A DNA stretch of 25,334 bases from a virus (lineage: Duplodnaviria > Caudoviricetes), in IMG/VR virus record IMGVR_UViG_3300020044_007794, positions 1 to 25,334 of that record, one strand, 5' to 3'. A program made the position numbers and the translations under genes. This document shows positions 7,054-14,988 of this stretch, piece after piece. Under the pieces are notes generated by a model that saw only the letters and a list, made by a program, of their open reading frames with translations, did no database searches and had not been told where the DNA came from. Position 1 is the stretch's first letter. The number at the start of each line of letters is the position of its first letter.

Positions 7054-7505
7054 GAAAGGCCACAAAACGCAAAATCATTTATAAGCCTGACCCGTCGGCC
7101 ATGTACCGAGTTTTTGGCAATGTTAGCGAATTTACAGAGGAGGAGCAACGAGCCATTAACTTGCCGGTGCGAGAGGCTTTTCAGGCTTTTATGGTGGGGG
7201 CCGCAGAAGAAGATGATTTTCACACATTGGCGGCGACCGTCAATATTGCTATGGTGTGCAGCGAAAAAATTGACCCCATTGTGGAAAATACTTGCGTTTT
7301 AGGCGTTGCTGCTGTGCAGCGCACCCGCGACCGTTTTGATAAAACGGGAAAGTGGGGCTTGGATGGCCCCGCGCGCGTCCAGATTGACGACACCATCAGT
7401 ATTTACGAGCAGCTTACTTCGCTGCTGACGGGTGGGCAACTTAAAACGGCGATGGTAGAAGTTATCTGGCGCATGAAGGCCGGGGAAGTGCTGGAGGCCG
7501 CATGA
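7050..7505 (+). CDS. hypothetical phage protein
   Basis: 151-aa coupled ORF. Confidence 0.8.
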   Translation: MRKATKRKIIYKPDPSAMYRVFGNVSEFTEEEQRAINLPVREAFQAFMVGAAEEDDFHTLAATVNIAMVCSEKIDPIVENTCVLGVAAVQRTRDRFDKTGKWGLDGPARVQIDDTISIYEQLTSLLTGGQLKTAMVEVIWRMKAGEVLEAA

Positions 7506-7876
7506 CGCTAAAAACAACCGCCGTAAAACAAAAGACCTGCAAAACGTGCCGGGCAATCTTCACGCCTGCACGTCCGATGCAAAAGGTGTGCGACTGGGGC
7601 TGTGCTATGATTATGGCTGTAAGTGATAGCGCAAAGGTTGAAAAACGCAAGTTGGCTAAAGACCGCCGGGAAACAAAGGTCAAGCTGGATGCAATGCGCA
7701 AAAAGCCCGAGCTGGTCAAATCGGCTCAGACGGCGTTCAACAAATTCATACGGGCGCGGGATGCTGGCAAGCCGTGCATAACAAGCCCAGATATTGTGAT
7801 GTGGGCGGCCGGGAGTAATTTGTGCGAGCGCGAGCGCATGGCGGGTGTTGATGAGTTCTTTGAGGTGAAAAAATGA
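7502..7876 (+). pseudogene. truncated NinG/Rap paralogue (N-terminal Zn finger and helix only)
   Basis: Closely similar to 8037..8642 up to DAGKPCI. It then has a 7-bp deletion (CATAA[GCTGTGG]CAAGCCC) and an unrelated tail, so the nuclease domain is missing. Confidence 0.8.
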
Positions 7877-8040
7877 CAAACGAAAAAGCGCTTGAAACCC
7901 TAAAACACTACCAAAACTGGCGGCGCGGGCTGGGGAGTGATATGCCAATGCTGTCCCCAATAAATGTTGGCTTGGCACTGGATGTTGCAATTAAAGTCAT
8001 GAAATTGCAGGCTAAAAAGCCGAAGGCTGAGGCTAAGTGA
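7873..8040 (+). CDS. hypothetical protein (55 aa)
   Basis: Manual translation MTNEKALETLKHYQNWRRGLGSDMPMLSPINVGLALDVAIKVMKLQAKKPKAEAK; GAGGTG RBS and overlaps at both ends. Confidence 0.7.
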   Translation: MTNEKALETLKHYQNWRRGLGSDMPMLSPINVGLALDVAIKVMKLQAKKPKAEAK

Positions 8041-8642
8041 CCTTGAAAGCCAAGCCCTTCAAACCAAAAACCTGCAAAGTCTGCCGGTCAATTTTCACGC
8101 CCCGCCAGCCGATGGCGAAGGTGTGCGGGATTGAATGCGCCAAGTCGCTTGCTGTTTCGATTCGCGGCAAAGCTGAAAAAGTGGCTCAGGTCAAAGACCG
8201 CAGGGAAACAAAAGCCAAGCTGGATGCAATGCGCAAAAAGCCTGAGCTGGTCAAACTGGCTCAAACCGCCTTCAATAAATTCATTCGAGCGCGTGACGCT
8301 GGGAAGCCGTGCATAAGCTGTGGCAAGCCCCTACAGGCCGCGACGGTAGGCGGCGCGTTCGATTGTGGGCATTACCGCTCGGTCGGCTCTGCTGTACACA
8401 TGCGGTTTGTGGAGGATAACGCCCACGGTCAATGCAAGCACTGCAATAGACACCTAGCAGGAAACCACGTAGCTTACAGGGCTGGATTGATTGAACGCAT
8501 TGGCCTGCGTGACGTGGAGCTGATAGAGGCAGATAACACGTTGAGAAAGTACACGCGGGAGGCATTGATTGAACTCGCTAGGCATTACAACGCCGAGGCG
8601 CGGCGGCTAATCAGTGAGGACAGTGAAGTACTGCCTACCTAG
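8037..8642 (+). CDS. ninG: NinG/Rap recombination endonuclease
   Basis: CKVC...C..EC; AQ.AFN.FIR.RD..KPCISCG; DCGHYRSVG; N.HGQC.HCN..L.GN...YR.GLI.RIG. Confidence 0.93.
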   Translation: MTLKAKPFKPKTCKVCRSIFTPRQPMAKVCGIECAKSLAVSIRGKAEKVAQVKDRRETKAKLDAMRKKPELVKLAQTAFNKFIRARDAGKPCISCGKPLQAATVGGAFDCGHYRSVGSAVHMRFVEDNAHGQCKHCNRHLAGNHVAYRAGLIERIGLRDVELIEADNTLRKYTREALIELARHYNAEARRLISEDSEVLPT

Positions 8643-8685
8643 TAAGTATGCTCATTGGTTATGCGCATGATTCGCACGCATAAGT

Positions 8686-8775
8686 CTAGGGTAAACCCCT
8701 AGAAAATAAATACATAAATGTATTGCAACAATCAAAAATGATGTTATAATTCATTCATGCCAGCGATTTTGCTGG
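8686..8775 (+). promoter_or_regulatory. repeated operator + promoter + stem-loop cassette, copy 2
   Basis: CTAGGGTAAACCCCTAG, TTGCAA-N16-TATAAT with TGn extension, TCATTCATG, hairpin CCAGC GATTTT GCTGG. Confidence 0.85.
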
Positions 8776-8795
8776 GTTTAAAAAAGGTAGAAATC

Positions 8796-8996
8796 ATGCA
8801 AACACTCAAAACAAACCCATATGAGACAATTTTTTTTAGTCGCCCATATGGGGGCTTTAGGTTAGTAAAACAAACAACTTGGGGCGATGAATATGCCGCC
8901 TTCGCTTACTGCGTCCACGAAGCATGGCGCAAACTGTCAAAAATCACGGGGCGCAGCGTTGCAGAATTAAAGAATTTTCCATTGCACAAAGTCTAA
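8796..8996 (+). CDS. hypothetical protein
   Basis: ATG at 8796 after an AAAGGT RBS downstream of the cassette hairpin; an in-frame ATG also lies at 8757. Confidence 0.7.
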   Translation: MQTLKTNPYETIFFSRPYGGFRLVKQTTWGDEYAAFAYCVHEAWRKLSKITGRSVAELKNFPLHKV

Positions 8997-9035
8997 AATT
9001 TGCGCCGCAGCAAAACCACAAACCACAAACAAAAA

Positions 9036-9677
9036 ATGAACACTTACGCTAAATACTGCCCCAATGTGTGGCTTGCCAAGTGCGAGACTGAGCACGCAAA
9101 GGGCGACATCATCCCTGTCGCCAACAAATACGGAAAAGAATCAGATTGCGAAGTTCACAACCTAGTCGTTAAAAATTCCAACGGGTTTTTTTACTCGATT
9201 ACACGGTGTGATGGACTGAACAAGCAGACCTATGCCGAGAAAAAAGCCGAAAAATATCAAGCGTGGGCTGATGCATCAGCGAAAAAAAGTGATGCACTAT
9301 GGGAGCAGTCCAACGAAGGCCGCGAGTTCCTATCACTTGGGGAGCCTATAAAAGTAGGGCACCACAGCGAGCACCGCCACCGCGCCTTAATTGAGCGCAA
9401 CCATGCCCGCATGAGTAAAAGCGTTGAGCAGGCAAATAAAGCCAAGGCGCAAGAGTACAAGGCTGAATATTGGGCCAGCCGTAAAAATGATATTGATTTA
9501 TCAATGCCAGAATGCGCCGAATATTTCGAGCATGAGTTACAAGCTGCAAAGGCACGCCATGCCGGGTTAAAGGACGGAACAATTGAGCGCCGCCACAGTA
9601 TGGAGCTTACCTATGCCAACAAGGCGGTTAAAGACCTAGAAGACAAGCTAAAAAAGGCGGTGATTTTGTGGGGATAA
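9036..9677 (+). CDS. DUF3560 domain protein
   Basis: LGEPIKVGHHSEHRHRALIER motif; MNTYAKYCPNVWLAKC start. Confidence 0.85.
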   Translation: MNTYAKYCPNVWLAKCETEHAKGDIIPVANKYGKESDCEVHNLVVKNSNGFFYSITRCDGLNKQTYAEKKAEKYQAWADASAKKSDALWEQSNEGREFLSLGEPIKVGHHSEHRHRALIERNHARMSKSVEQANKAKAQEYKAEYWASRKNDIDLSMPECAEYFEHELQAAKARHAGLKDGTIERRHSMELTYANKAVKDLEDKLKKAVILWG

Positions 9678-9767
9678 CAAATTATCACAAATTATCTTCA
9701 AGAAAATAATTGTATGCCTAAAATTGATGTATACTAGACACATCAACAACTTAAAAAGGTTTTCAAA

Positions 9768-9923
9768 ATGTCCAAATTTACTACTGAGCAACTACAAACC
9801 GCGCTTATCTCGCTACGCAAAAAATCTGATGCAGATAGCGTTGCGGCCTATGAGTTGACGTTTGACGAATTGGCAACCCGCATGGGTGATGATTTTGATG
9901 CTTGGTGTGATACATGGTACTAA
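9768..9923 (+). CDS. small acidic hypothetical protein (51 aa)
   Basis: Manual translation MSKFTTEQLQTALISLRKKSDADSVAAYELTFDELATRMGDDFDAWCDTWY; preceded by an AT-rich promoter-like region (TATACT about 9730) and an AAAGGT RBS. Confidence 0.7.
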   Translation: MSKFTTEQLQTALISLRKKSDADSVAAYELTFDELATRMGDDFDAWCDTWY

Positions 9924-9938
9924 TCAACAAATAAATAA

Positions 9939-10100
9939 ATGACACCAAAACGCAAGCCGGGGAGGCCACGAATGCCGCCCACAGTAATCGTAACCATAAG
10001 GCTAACCAAAGCCCAGCACGCGGCCTATATAGAGCGCGGCGGTGCTAGGTGGGCAAAGCGCATGATTGATGAACTAATCAATGGACAGCCGCCGATTTAA
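9939..10100 (+). CDS. small DNA-binding protein (GRP motif + ribbon-helix-helix-like)
   Basis: Manual translation MTPKRKPGRPRMPPTVIVTIRLTKAQHAAYIERGGARWAKRMIDELINGQPPI. Confidence 0.7.
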   Translation: MTPKRKPGRPRMPPTVIVTIRLTKAQHAAYIERGGARWAKRMIDELINGQPPI

Positions 10101-10488
10101 CCTAGTCCACAACGAAGCCCGAGCCAACGCGGTACAGGCGGTCAAAGACGCGCCTGATGGCTACCGGGTGACGGTAGAGCCGCCCAAGCGAAGCCTTGAC
10201 GCCAACGCTGCAATGTGGCCAATACTGGAAGCGTTCAGCCGTCAATTAGACTGGCCTGTCAACGGCTCGATGGTCAAAATGACGGCGGACGAGTGGAAGG
10301 ACGTGCTTTCAGCAGCGTTTAAGCGGGAGACTGTCCGCATGGCTATGGGACTAGACGGCGGCGTGGTCATGCTCGGCAGGAGGACTAGCAAAATGGCGAA
10401 GGTTGAATTTAGCGAGTGGCTCGAGTTCCTGCACGCCACGGCGGCGATGAAGGGTGTGATTGTTTACGAGCCTAGGGTAAACACCTAG
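10081..10488 (+). CDS. ninB: NinB/Orf recombination accessory protein
   Basis: KRSLDANAAMW..L...SRQ..W; EWKDV; G.DGG.V.LG.RTSKM...EFSE.LE.L.A..A..GV. Confidence 0.92.
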   Translation: MDSRRFNLVHNEARANAVQAVKDAPDGYRVTVEPPKRSLDANAAMWPILEAFSRQLDWPVNGSMVKMTADEWKDVLSAAFKRETVRMAMGLDGGVVMLGRRTSKMAKVEFSEWLEFLHATAAMKGVIVYEPRVNT

Positions 10489-10559
10489 AAAATAAATTGT
10501 TATTTGTATTGCAACAACCCAAAACTAGTATATAATTCATTCATGCTGCGATTTTGCAG
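10472..10559 (+). promoter_or_regulatory. repeated operator + promoter + stem-loop cassette, copy 3
   Basis: CTAGGGTAAACACCTAG-AAAATAAAT, TTGCAA-N16-TATAAT, TCATTCATG, CTGC GATTTT GCAG. Confidence 0.85.
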
Positions 10560-10578
10560 TAATTACAGAAAGTGAAAA

Positions 10579-10794
10579 ATGAAAATCACAGCTGAGAAAC
10601 TAAATCAAATTGCCTCCCTAGTTGGGGCAACTGATAAAAACATAGTTTATAGCTTTGTTATCACTGGTCTAGTTGACAACGGAATACCTTTAAGCGAGGC
10701 ATACGATATGGTGTTTGGTGATGGTGCATATGCTGCTATGGTCGGGAAAGTTTACGACGAGCTTGTCGTGTCCGCAAAGCCTGCCAATGCCTAA
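10579..10794 (+). CDS. hypothetical protein
   Basis: 71-aa ORF directly after cassette 3. Confidence 0.75.
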   Translation: MKITAEKLNQIASLVGATDKNIVYSFVITGLVDNGIPLSEAYDMVFGDGAYAAMVGKVYDELVVSAKPANA

Positions 10795-10966
10795 CGGCGG
10801 CAAGCGCCCCGGTGCTGGTCGGCATGAGATACCTCTACACGACAGCCGGATATTGCAGCTAAGCGAGGACGGCTATAGCCAAAGGGCAATAGCTGCACTC
10901 TTTGGAGTAAGCCAGCCGACCATTGGAGCTAGAATTAAAAAGCTGAAAAACAATCTGAGAGCGTGA
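10787..10966 (+). CDS. small HTH protein with GGKRPGAGR N-terminus
   Basis: MPNGGKRPGAGRHEIP...GYSQRAIAALFGVSQPTIGARIKKL. Confidence 0.75.
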   Translation: MPNGGKRPGAGRHEIPLHDSRILQLSEDGYSQRAIAALFGVSQPTIGARIKKLKNNLRA

Positions 10967-11051
10967 GCTGCACACGTGCGGTGTGACAGGAACATCCACC
11001 GCAACCTTTCACGGGCGCACCGCTCGTTTTATGCAGTAAGGTGATAAAAGC

Positions 11052-11100
11052 AAGCCCAGCCCCTCGGGGTAAAAATCAATGCTTATGGGCTTTTTATTTT
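11052..11100 (+). terminator. possible intrinsic terminator
   Basis: AAGCCCA...TGGGCTT stem with a large loop, followed by T-rich sequence. Confidence 0.45.
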
Positions 11101-11129
11101 TCAACTGTATGGGAATACCGAACAGTTGA

Positions 11130-11203
11130 AAAATAAATGCATAAATGTATTGCAACAACTAAAAATGATGTTATAATTCATTCATGCCTACTAATTCAGT
11201 AGG
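11130..11203 (+). promoter_or_regulatory. repeated promoter + stem-loop cassette, copy 4
   Basis: 11130-11188 is 56/59 identical to 8703-8761; hairpin CCTACT AATTC AGTAGG. Confidence 0.85.
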
Positions 11204-11222
11204 AATTTACAGAAAGCGAATC

Positions 11223-11393
11223 ATGAGCCAAGTAACAATCAAGCGCATAGCAAGCACAGAGCAAAACGTATCACTTCGCACCATTGATTATGAAGTCTAT
11301 AACGGCGCTGAGTGGGTAGCCACATTCGCTGATGTATGTGATGCTATGGATATGAAGGCAAAACTCGAATCCGCCAACCTCAAGGCAGAATAA
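11223..11393 (+). CDS. hypothetical protein
   Basis: ATG at 11223 after AGAAAG, the same spacing as in cassette 3. Confidence 0.7.
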   Translation: MSQVTIKRIASTEQNVSLRTIDYEVYNGAEWVATFADVCDAMDMKAKLESANLKAE

Positions 11394-11395
11394 TT

Positions 11396-11602
11396 ATGAA
11401 AACAGTAACAGTCGATTTCAAGCAATACACTACTGAGGGAAACCTATTTGAATTTAAACTTATGCACTTTGCGGGCTGGGTAAAAGTAACGGCGGCAACG
11501 TCTGAGGCGCTAGAGTTCAAATTCTTGGACGATAACGGTGATGAGCATAACGGGGTCTGCTACTGTTTGTCGGGAAATAAAAAATGGTGGGGTTTTGTTT
11601 AA
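11396..11602 (+). CDS. hypothetical protein
   Basis: 68-aa ORF starting 2 nt after the previous stop. Confidence 0.65.
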   Translation: MKTVTVDFKQYTTEGNLFEFKLMHFAGWVKVTAATSEALEFKFLDDNGDEHNGVCYCLSGNKKWWGFV

Positions 11603-11609
11603 AAAGTAG

Positions 11610-11750
11610 TTGATAGCTGGCCGGGTTGATGTATAATGATTACATCGAGCATCCGGCAAGAGTTCGATACACACGAGCCCTTACTCATGCGTTCTATCCT
11701 AGAAATAGGATTCCTGCCGGATGCAGAACGCAGTAGTAAGGGCTTTTTTG
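11610..11750 (+). promoter_or_regulatory. promoter and c4-a1b1-like attenuator upstream of the antirepressor
   Basis: TTGATA-N16-TATAAT. The first hairpin presents GCATCCGGCA (11649-58), which is complementary to TGCCGGATGC (11715-24) inside a long terminator stem GCCCTTACT..TGCGTTCT/AGAACGCA..AGTAAGGGC followed by T6. Confidence 0.65.
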
Positions 11751-11754
11751 CGTT

Positions 11755-12020
11755 TGTCGTCAGGGCGCGACCGGTACAGCTAATGGCCGCATGTCGTCGG
11801 CGCACCCAATAAAGCGATGCCGCTTCACTTACAACCCCGGCGGCTTGGCGTTCTACAGCGACCAAGAAAACAGGCAAACCAAACTGACGGTAGATTGACC
11901 CACTTAATGGGTGCTTGATAATTTGAATGTAGCGTTAAGCGTGCAGCAGTCTTAGGATGGCTGAGAGTACTTCAAAGATACCTAACCGATAGTGGGTGTC
12001 AGGAGGCTCGGGGTTGTCCT
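11755..12020 (+). ncRNA. candidate large structured RNA / leader
   Basis: No credible ORF; long-range pairing ACAACCCCG (11831-39) / CGGGGTTGT (12009-17) encloses several hairpins. Confidence 0.4.
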
Positions 12021-12045
12021 ATGGTTAAACAAATAAAGGAACACA

Positions 12046-12717
12046 ATGCTAGTAACATCCCAAGTCACAATGACTAGCTTAGAGTTAGTCCAATTTATAA
12101 ACAACCAGCGTGATGCTGGCGAATCTGAACTACAGCACAAACATTTTCTAGACAAAGTGCCAAAAGTGCTGGGTGAGGGGTGTGCCAAATTTTCGGCCAC
12201 CTACACGCACCACCAAAATGGCCAAAAGTACCCATGTTACCGACTGCCAAAGCGTGAAGCCTGCCTGATGGCCATGAGTTACAGCTATGACCTACAAGCC
12301 AAAGTCTTTGACCGCATGACCGAGCTGGAGCTGCAAAACGCACCTAAAGTGCCAACAACACTATCCGGCGCACTTAGATTGGCGGCAGACCAAGCCGAAA
12401 AAATCGAGGCGCAAGCCATGCAAATAGAGCAGCAGCGCCCGGCGGTGGAATTTGTTGAAAGATACGTCGAGGCCAAGTCGTCAAAAGCCATAAGCGATGT
12501 TGCGAAAATCATCGGCGCAAAGCCAAAAGAGTTTTTTGACTGGCTACACAGTGAAGGCGTGATATTCAAGCGCGGCGGCTCGTGGCTGCCGTACAGCGCC
12601 CATGAGTCACGGTTTGAGGTAAAGACTGGGGAGGCGAGTGGCCATGCTTACGTACAAAGTAGGTTTACACCTGAGGGTGTGGAATGGATCGCCCGGCGGT
12701 GGAACAACAAGGCATAA
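12046..12717 (+). CDS. phage antirepressor: Rha-like N-terminal and KilAC/ANT C-terminal domains
   Basis: MTSLELV...HKHFLDKVPKVLG...Y.LPKREACLMAMSYS...Q.KVFDRM; P.T...ALRLAAD...P.VEF...V; F..WL...G.I; Q.RFTP.G..WI. AAGGA RBS. Confidence 0.88.
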   Translation: MLVTSQVTMTSLELVQFINNQRDAGESELQHKHFLDKVPKVLGEGCAKFSATYTHHQNGQKYPCYRLPKREACLMAMSYSYDLQAKVFDRMTELELQNAPKVPTTLSGALRLAADQAEKIEAQAMQIEQQRPAVEFVERYVEAKSSKAISDVAKIIGAKPKEFFDWLHSEGVIFKRGGSWLPYSAHESRFEVKTGEASGHAYVQSRFTPEGVEWIARRWNNKA

Positions 12718-12724
12718 TCACACT

Positions 12725-13276
12725 ATGGCAAGACCAAGCAAACTGACCCCAGACCAATGGCAGGAGCTGGAGCGTAAGCATATAAACGGTGCGGGTGTTA
12801 GCGCGCTGGCAAAGGAGTACGGCATAAGCCCAGCTTCGGTTTCTGTAAGGGTTTCTAAAGTTTCCGAAACCATTAGAAACGCGGCCATTAAACTGGCTGA
12901 TGCGCAGACCACACTGGCCGCGCTGCCCGTGGCGCAACAATACACAGCGGTTAGTTTGGCCGAAAAGATGCGCAGCATAAGCAACAGCCTCGCAAGCGCA
13001 GCAGAGCTTGGAGCAAAGACGGCGCACCGCCTGCACGCGCTGGCTAACGCAGAGGTCAATAAGGTTGACGATGCCGCGCCATTGGATAATGTGGAGGCAT
13101 TGAAGGGGGTTAGCGCCCTGACAAAACTAGCGAACGATTCTAGCGCCCTAGCTTTGGGCATGATGACAAAATCAGCCGCGCCTATCGCCGACGAAACGCC
13201 ACTTGCTACGCTGGACGTAACAAAACTATCGAGCCAAGTCCGGCGCGAACTAATCGAAGCCCGTGAACTTAACTAG
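12725..13276 (+). CDS. terS: terminase small subunit (HTH type)
   Basis: MARPSKLT...VSALAKEYGISPASV HTH; immediately upstream of and overlapping TerL. Confidence 0.75.
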   Translation: MARPSKLTPDQWQELERKHINGAGVSALAKEYGISPASVSVRVSKVSETIRNAAIKLADAQTTLAALPVAQQYTAVSLAEKMRSISNSLASAAELGAKTAHRLHALANAEVNKVDDAAPLDNVEALKGVSALTKLANDSSALALGMMTKSAAPIADETPLATLDVTKLSSQVRRELIEARELN

Positions 13277-14696
13277 CGAAGACTGGCTAAACATCGAGCG
13301 CGAGGAGTGCAAAGACCTTGCCTACTTCATTAAACGCGCATGGAAGAGTTTAGAGCCTGCGCAGCCTTATAAACACGGTTGGCATATTGACGCTATGGCT
13401 GAGCATTTAGAAGCTGTTACAGCGGGGCAGATAACGCGGCTTTTAATCAATATCCCGCCCGGGACGATGAAATCAATGATGGTCGGGGTTATGTGGCCTG
13501 CGTGGGAGTGGGGGCCAATGGGCAAAAGCTCAACCCGCATTATTGGTGCAAGTCATGAGGCTAAATTGGCTACGCGGGACAACCTGCACATGCGGCGGCT
13601 GGTGGCAAGCGACTGGTATCAGGCATTGTGGCCGACGGTGCTAACGACTGACCAGAATGAAAAGATGTTTTTTCAAAACATGGCAATGGGCTGGCGGCAG
13701 GCCTGCGCGGTGACCAGTATGACTGGGCGGCGGGGTGATAGGGTTATTTGGGACGACCCACACAGTGTAGAGGACGCTTATTCGGATGCTGCACTTGAGG
13801 GAGCGCGCCGGGTATTTTGCGAGACATTGCCAACGCGGCTAAACAACCCGGATTCAAGCGCAATCATCATCGTGATGCAGCGGCTAGCTGAAGATGATGT
13901 AAGCGGCGAAATATTGCGCGGCGATTTTGGTTATGACCACCTGATGCTGCCGATGGAATTTGAGCCGGGCAGGCGGTGCAAGACGAAGATCGGTTTTGAA
14001 GACCCGCGGACGGTAGAAGGTGAACTTCTATTCCCGGAGCGGTTTAGCCGTGAGGTGGTCGACCGCGATAAAAAGATAATGGGGGCGCACGCCGTGGCCG
14101 GGCAGTTCCAGCAGCGGCCTAATCCACTAGGCGGGGGGCTACTCAAAGGCGAATGGTTTGGGCGCTACAGCGAGCCTCCTACAGCCAAGCAGCGTATGCG
14201 TCGGGCAATATTTGTAGATACGGCTATGAAGACTGGCGAGCGCAATGACTACACGGTATTCATGGACGCGGTATTGTGCAATGACGGCAAGATATACATC
14301 CTGAATGTAATCAGGCGCAAAGTGGACGCGGTGGGGCTATTGGCCGCAGCAAAGGATGTTTGGACAAGTGCTGAAGGCCAAGCCTCGGCCATGTATATCG
14401 AGGACAAAGCCAGTGGGACGGGGTTGATTCAACAATTACAGCAAAACAGCGTATTTGTGCCAGTCATACCGGTTCAACGCACTAAAGACAAGCTGACTAG
14501 ACTGATGGAGGTGCAGGCGCGGATACAGGCGGGGGGCGTGATGTTGCCTGAGTATGCGCCCTGGACTGCTGACTTTATAAGCGAGTGCGAGAGCTTTGCG
14601 GCGGATGATAGCCACGCCCATGATGACCAGATTGACCCGCTTATCGACGCAGTCAACACCCTGCTGTCAGGTGCTGACTGGTCAGTTTGGAGTTAG
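13263..14696 (+). CDS. terL: terminase large subunit
   Basis: RLLINIPPGTMKS Walker A, TGRRGD.VIWDDP Walker B, IIVMQRL coupling motif, FVDTA and IEDKASG nuclease motifs, HDDQID. Confidence 0.96.
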   Translation: MNLTSEDWLNIEREECKDLAYFIKRAWKSLEPAQPYKHGWHIDAMAEHLEAVTAGQITRLLINIPPGTMKSMMVGVMWPAWEWGPMGKSSTRIIGASHEAKLATRDNLHMRRLVASDWYQALWPTVLTTDQNEKMFFQNMAMGWRQACAVTSMTGRRGDRVIWDDPHSVEDAYSDAALEGARRVFCETLPTRLNNPDSSAIIIVMQRLAEDDVSGEILRGDFGYDHLMLPMEFEPGRRCKTKIGFEDPRTVEGELLFPERFSREVVDRDKKIMGAHAVAGQFQQRPNPLGGGLLKGEWFGRYSEPPTAKQRMRRAIFVDTAMKTGERNDYTVFMDAVLCNDGKIYILNVIRRKVDAVGLLAAAKDVWTSAEGQASAMYIEDKASGTGLIQQLQQNSVFVPVIPVQRTKDKLTRLMEVQARIQAGGVMLPEYAPWTADFISECESFAADDSHAHDDQIDPLIDAVNTLLSGADWSVWS

Positions 14697-14703
14697 ACGG
14701 CTA

Positions 14704-14988
14704 TCAATAATTAACTTTGCATAGCCAGTCATTTTGCATTTTGGTAACCCCCCACTGAGGTACGCCACGGTCAATCATCCAGCCGTCTTCAAGCAAGTCC
14801 AGCGCCTTAGCTTTGTTGCCGATAAACATAAAATACCACGATGCAAGATTGAACGTGAAAAACGAGATGGCGGCATAAGCCCATTGTTTGCGAATGAGGA
14901 GGGCAATCCAGCCAAAGAAAAAGATTGTCCAGCTAAAGCCGATTTTGACCTCTTTGGTGATGCCGTGTTTGGTAAATTGTGCGTGCAT
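14704..14988 (-). CDS. small membrane protein, DUF2628-like (moron)
   Basis: KEVKIGFSWTIFFFGWIALLIRKQW with two hydrophobic segments and L..GW; AAGGA RBS. Confidence 0.75.
   Translation of the reverse strand: MHAQFTKHGITKEVKIGFSWTIFFFGWIALLIRKQWAYAAISFFTFNLASWYFMFIGNKAKALDLLEDGWMIDRGVPQWGVTKMQNDWLCKVNY

Noticed and set aside
7502-8330. Diversity-generating retroelement TR/VR pair
   Set aside because: The differences are not adenine-specific and there is no reverse transcriptase in the window.
11105-11125. LexA box
   Set aside because: CTGT and ACAG are 13 nt apart, not the canonical 8.
8686-11203. CRISPR array or IS ends
   Set aside because: The repeats are separated by whole genes at irregular distances, and there is no cas or transposase gene.
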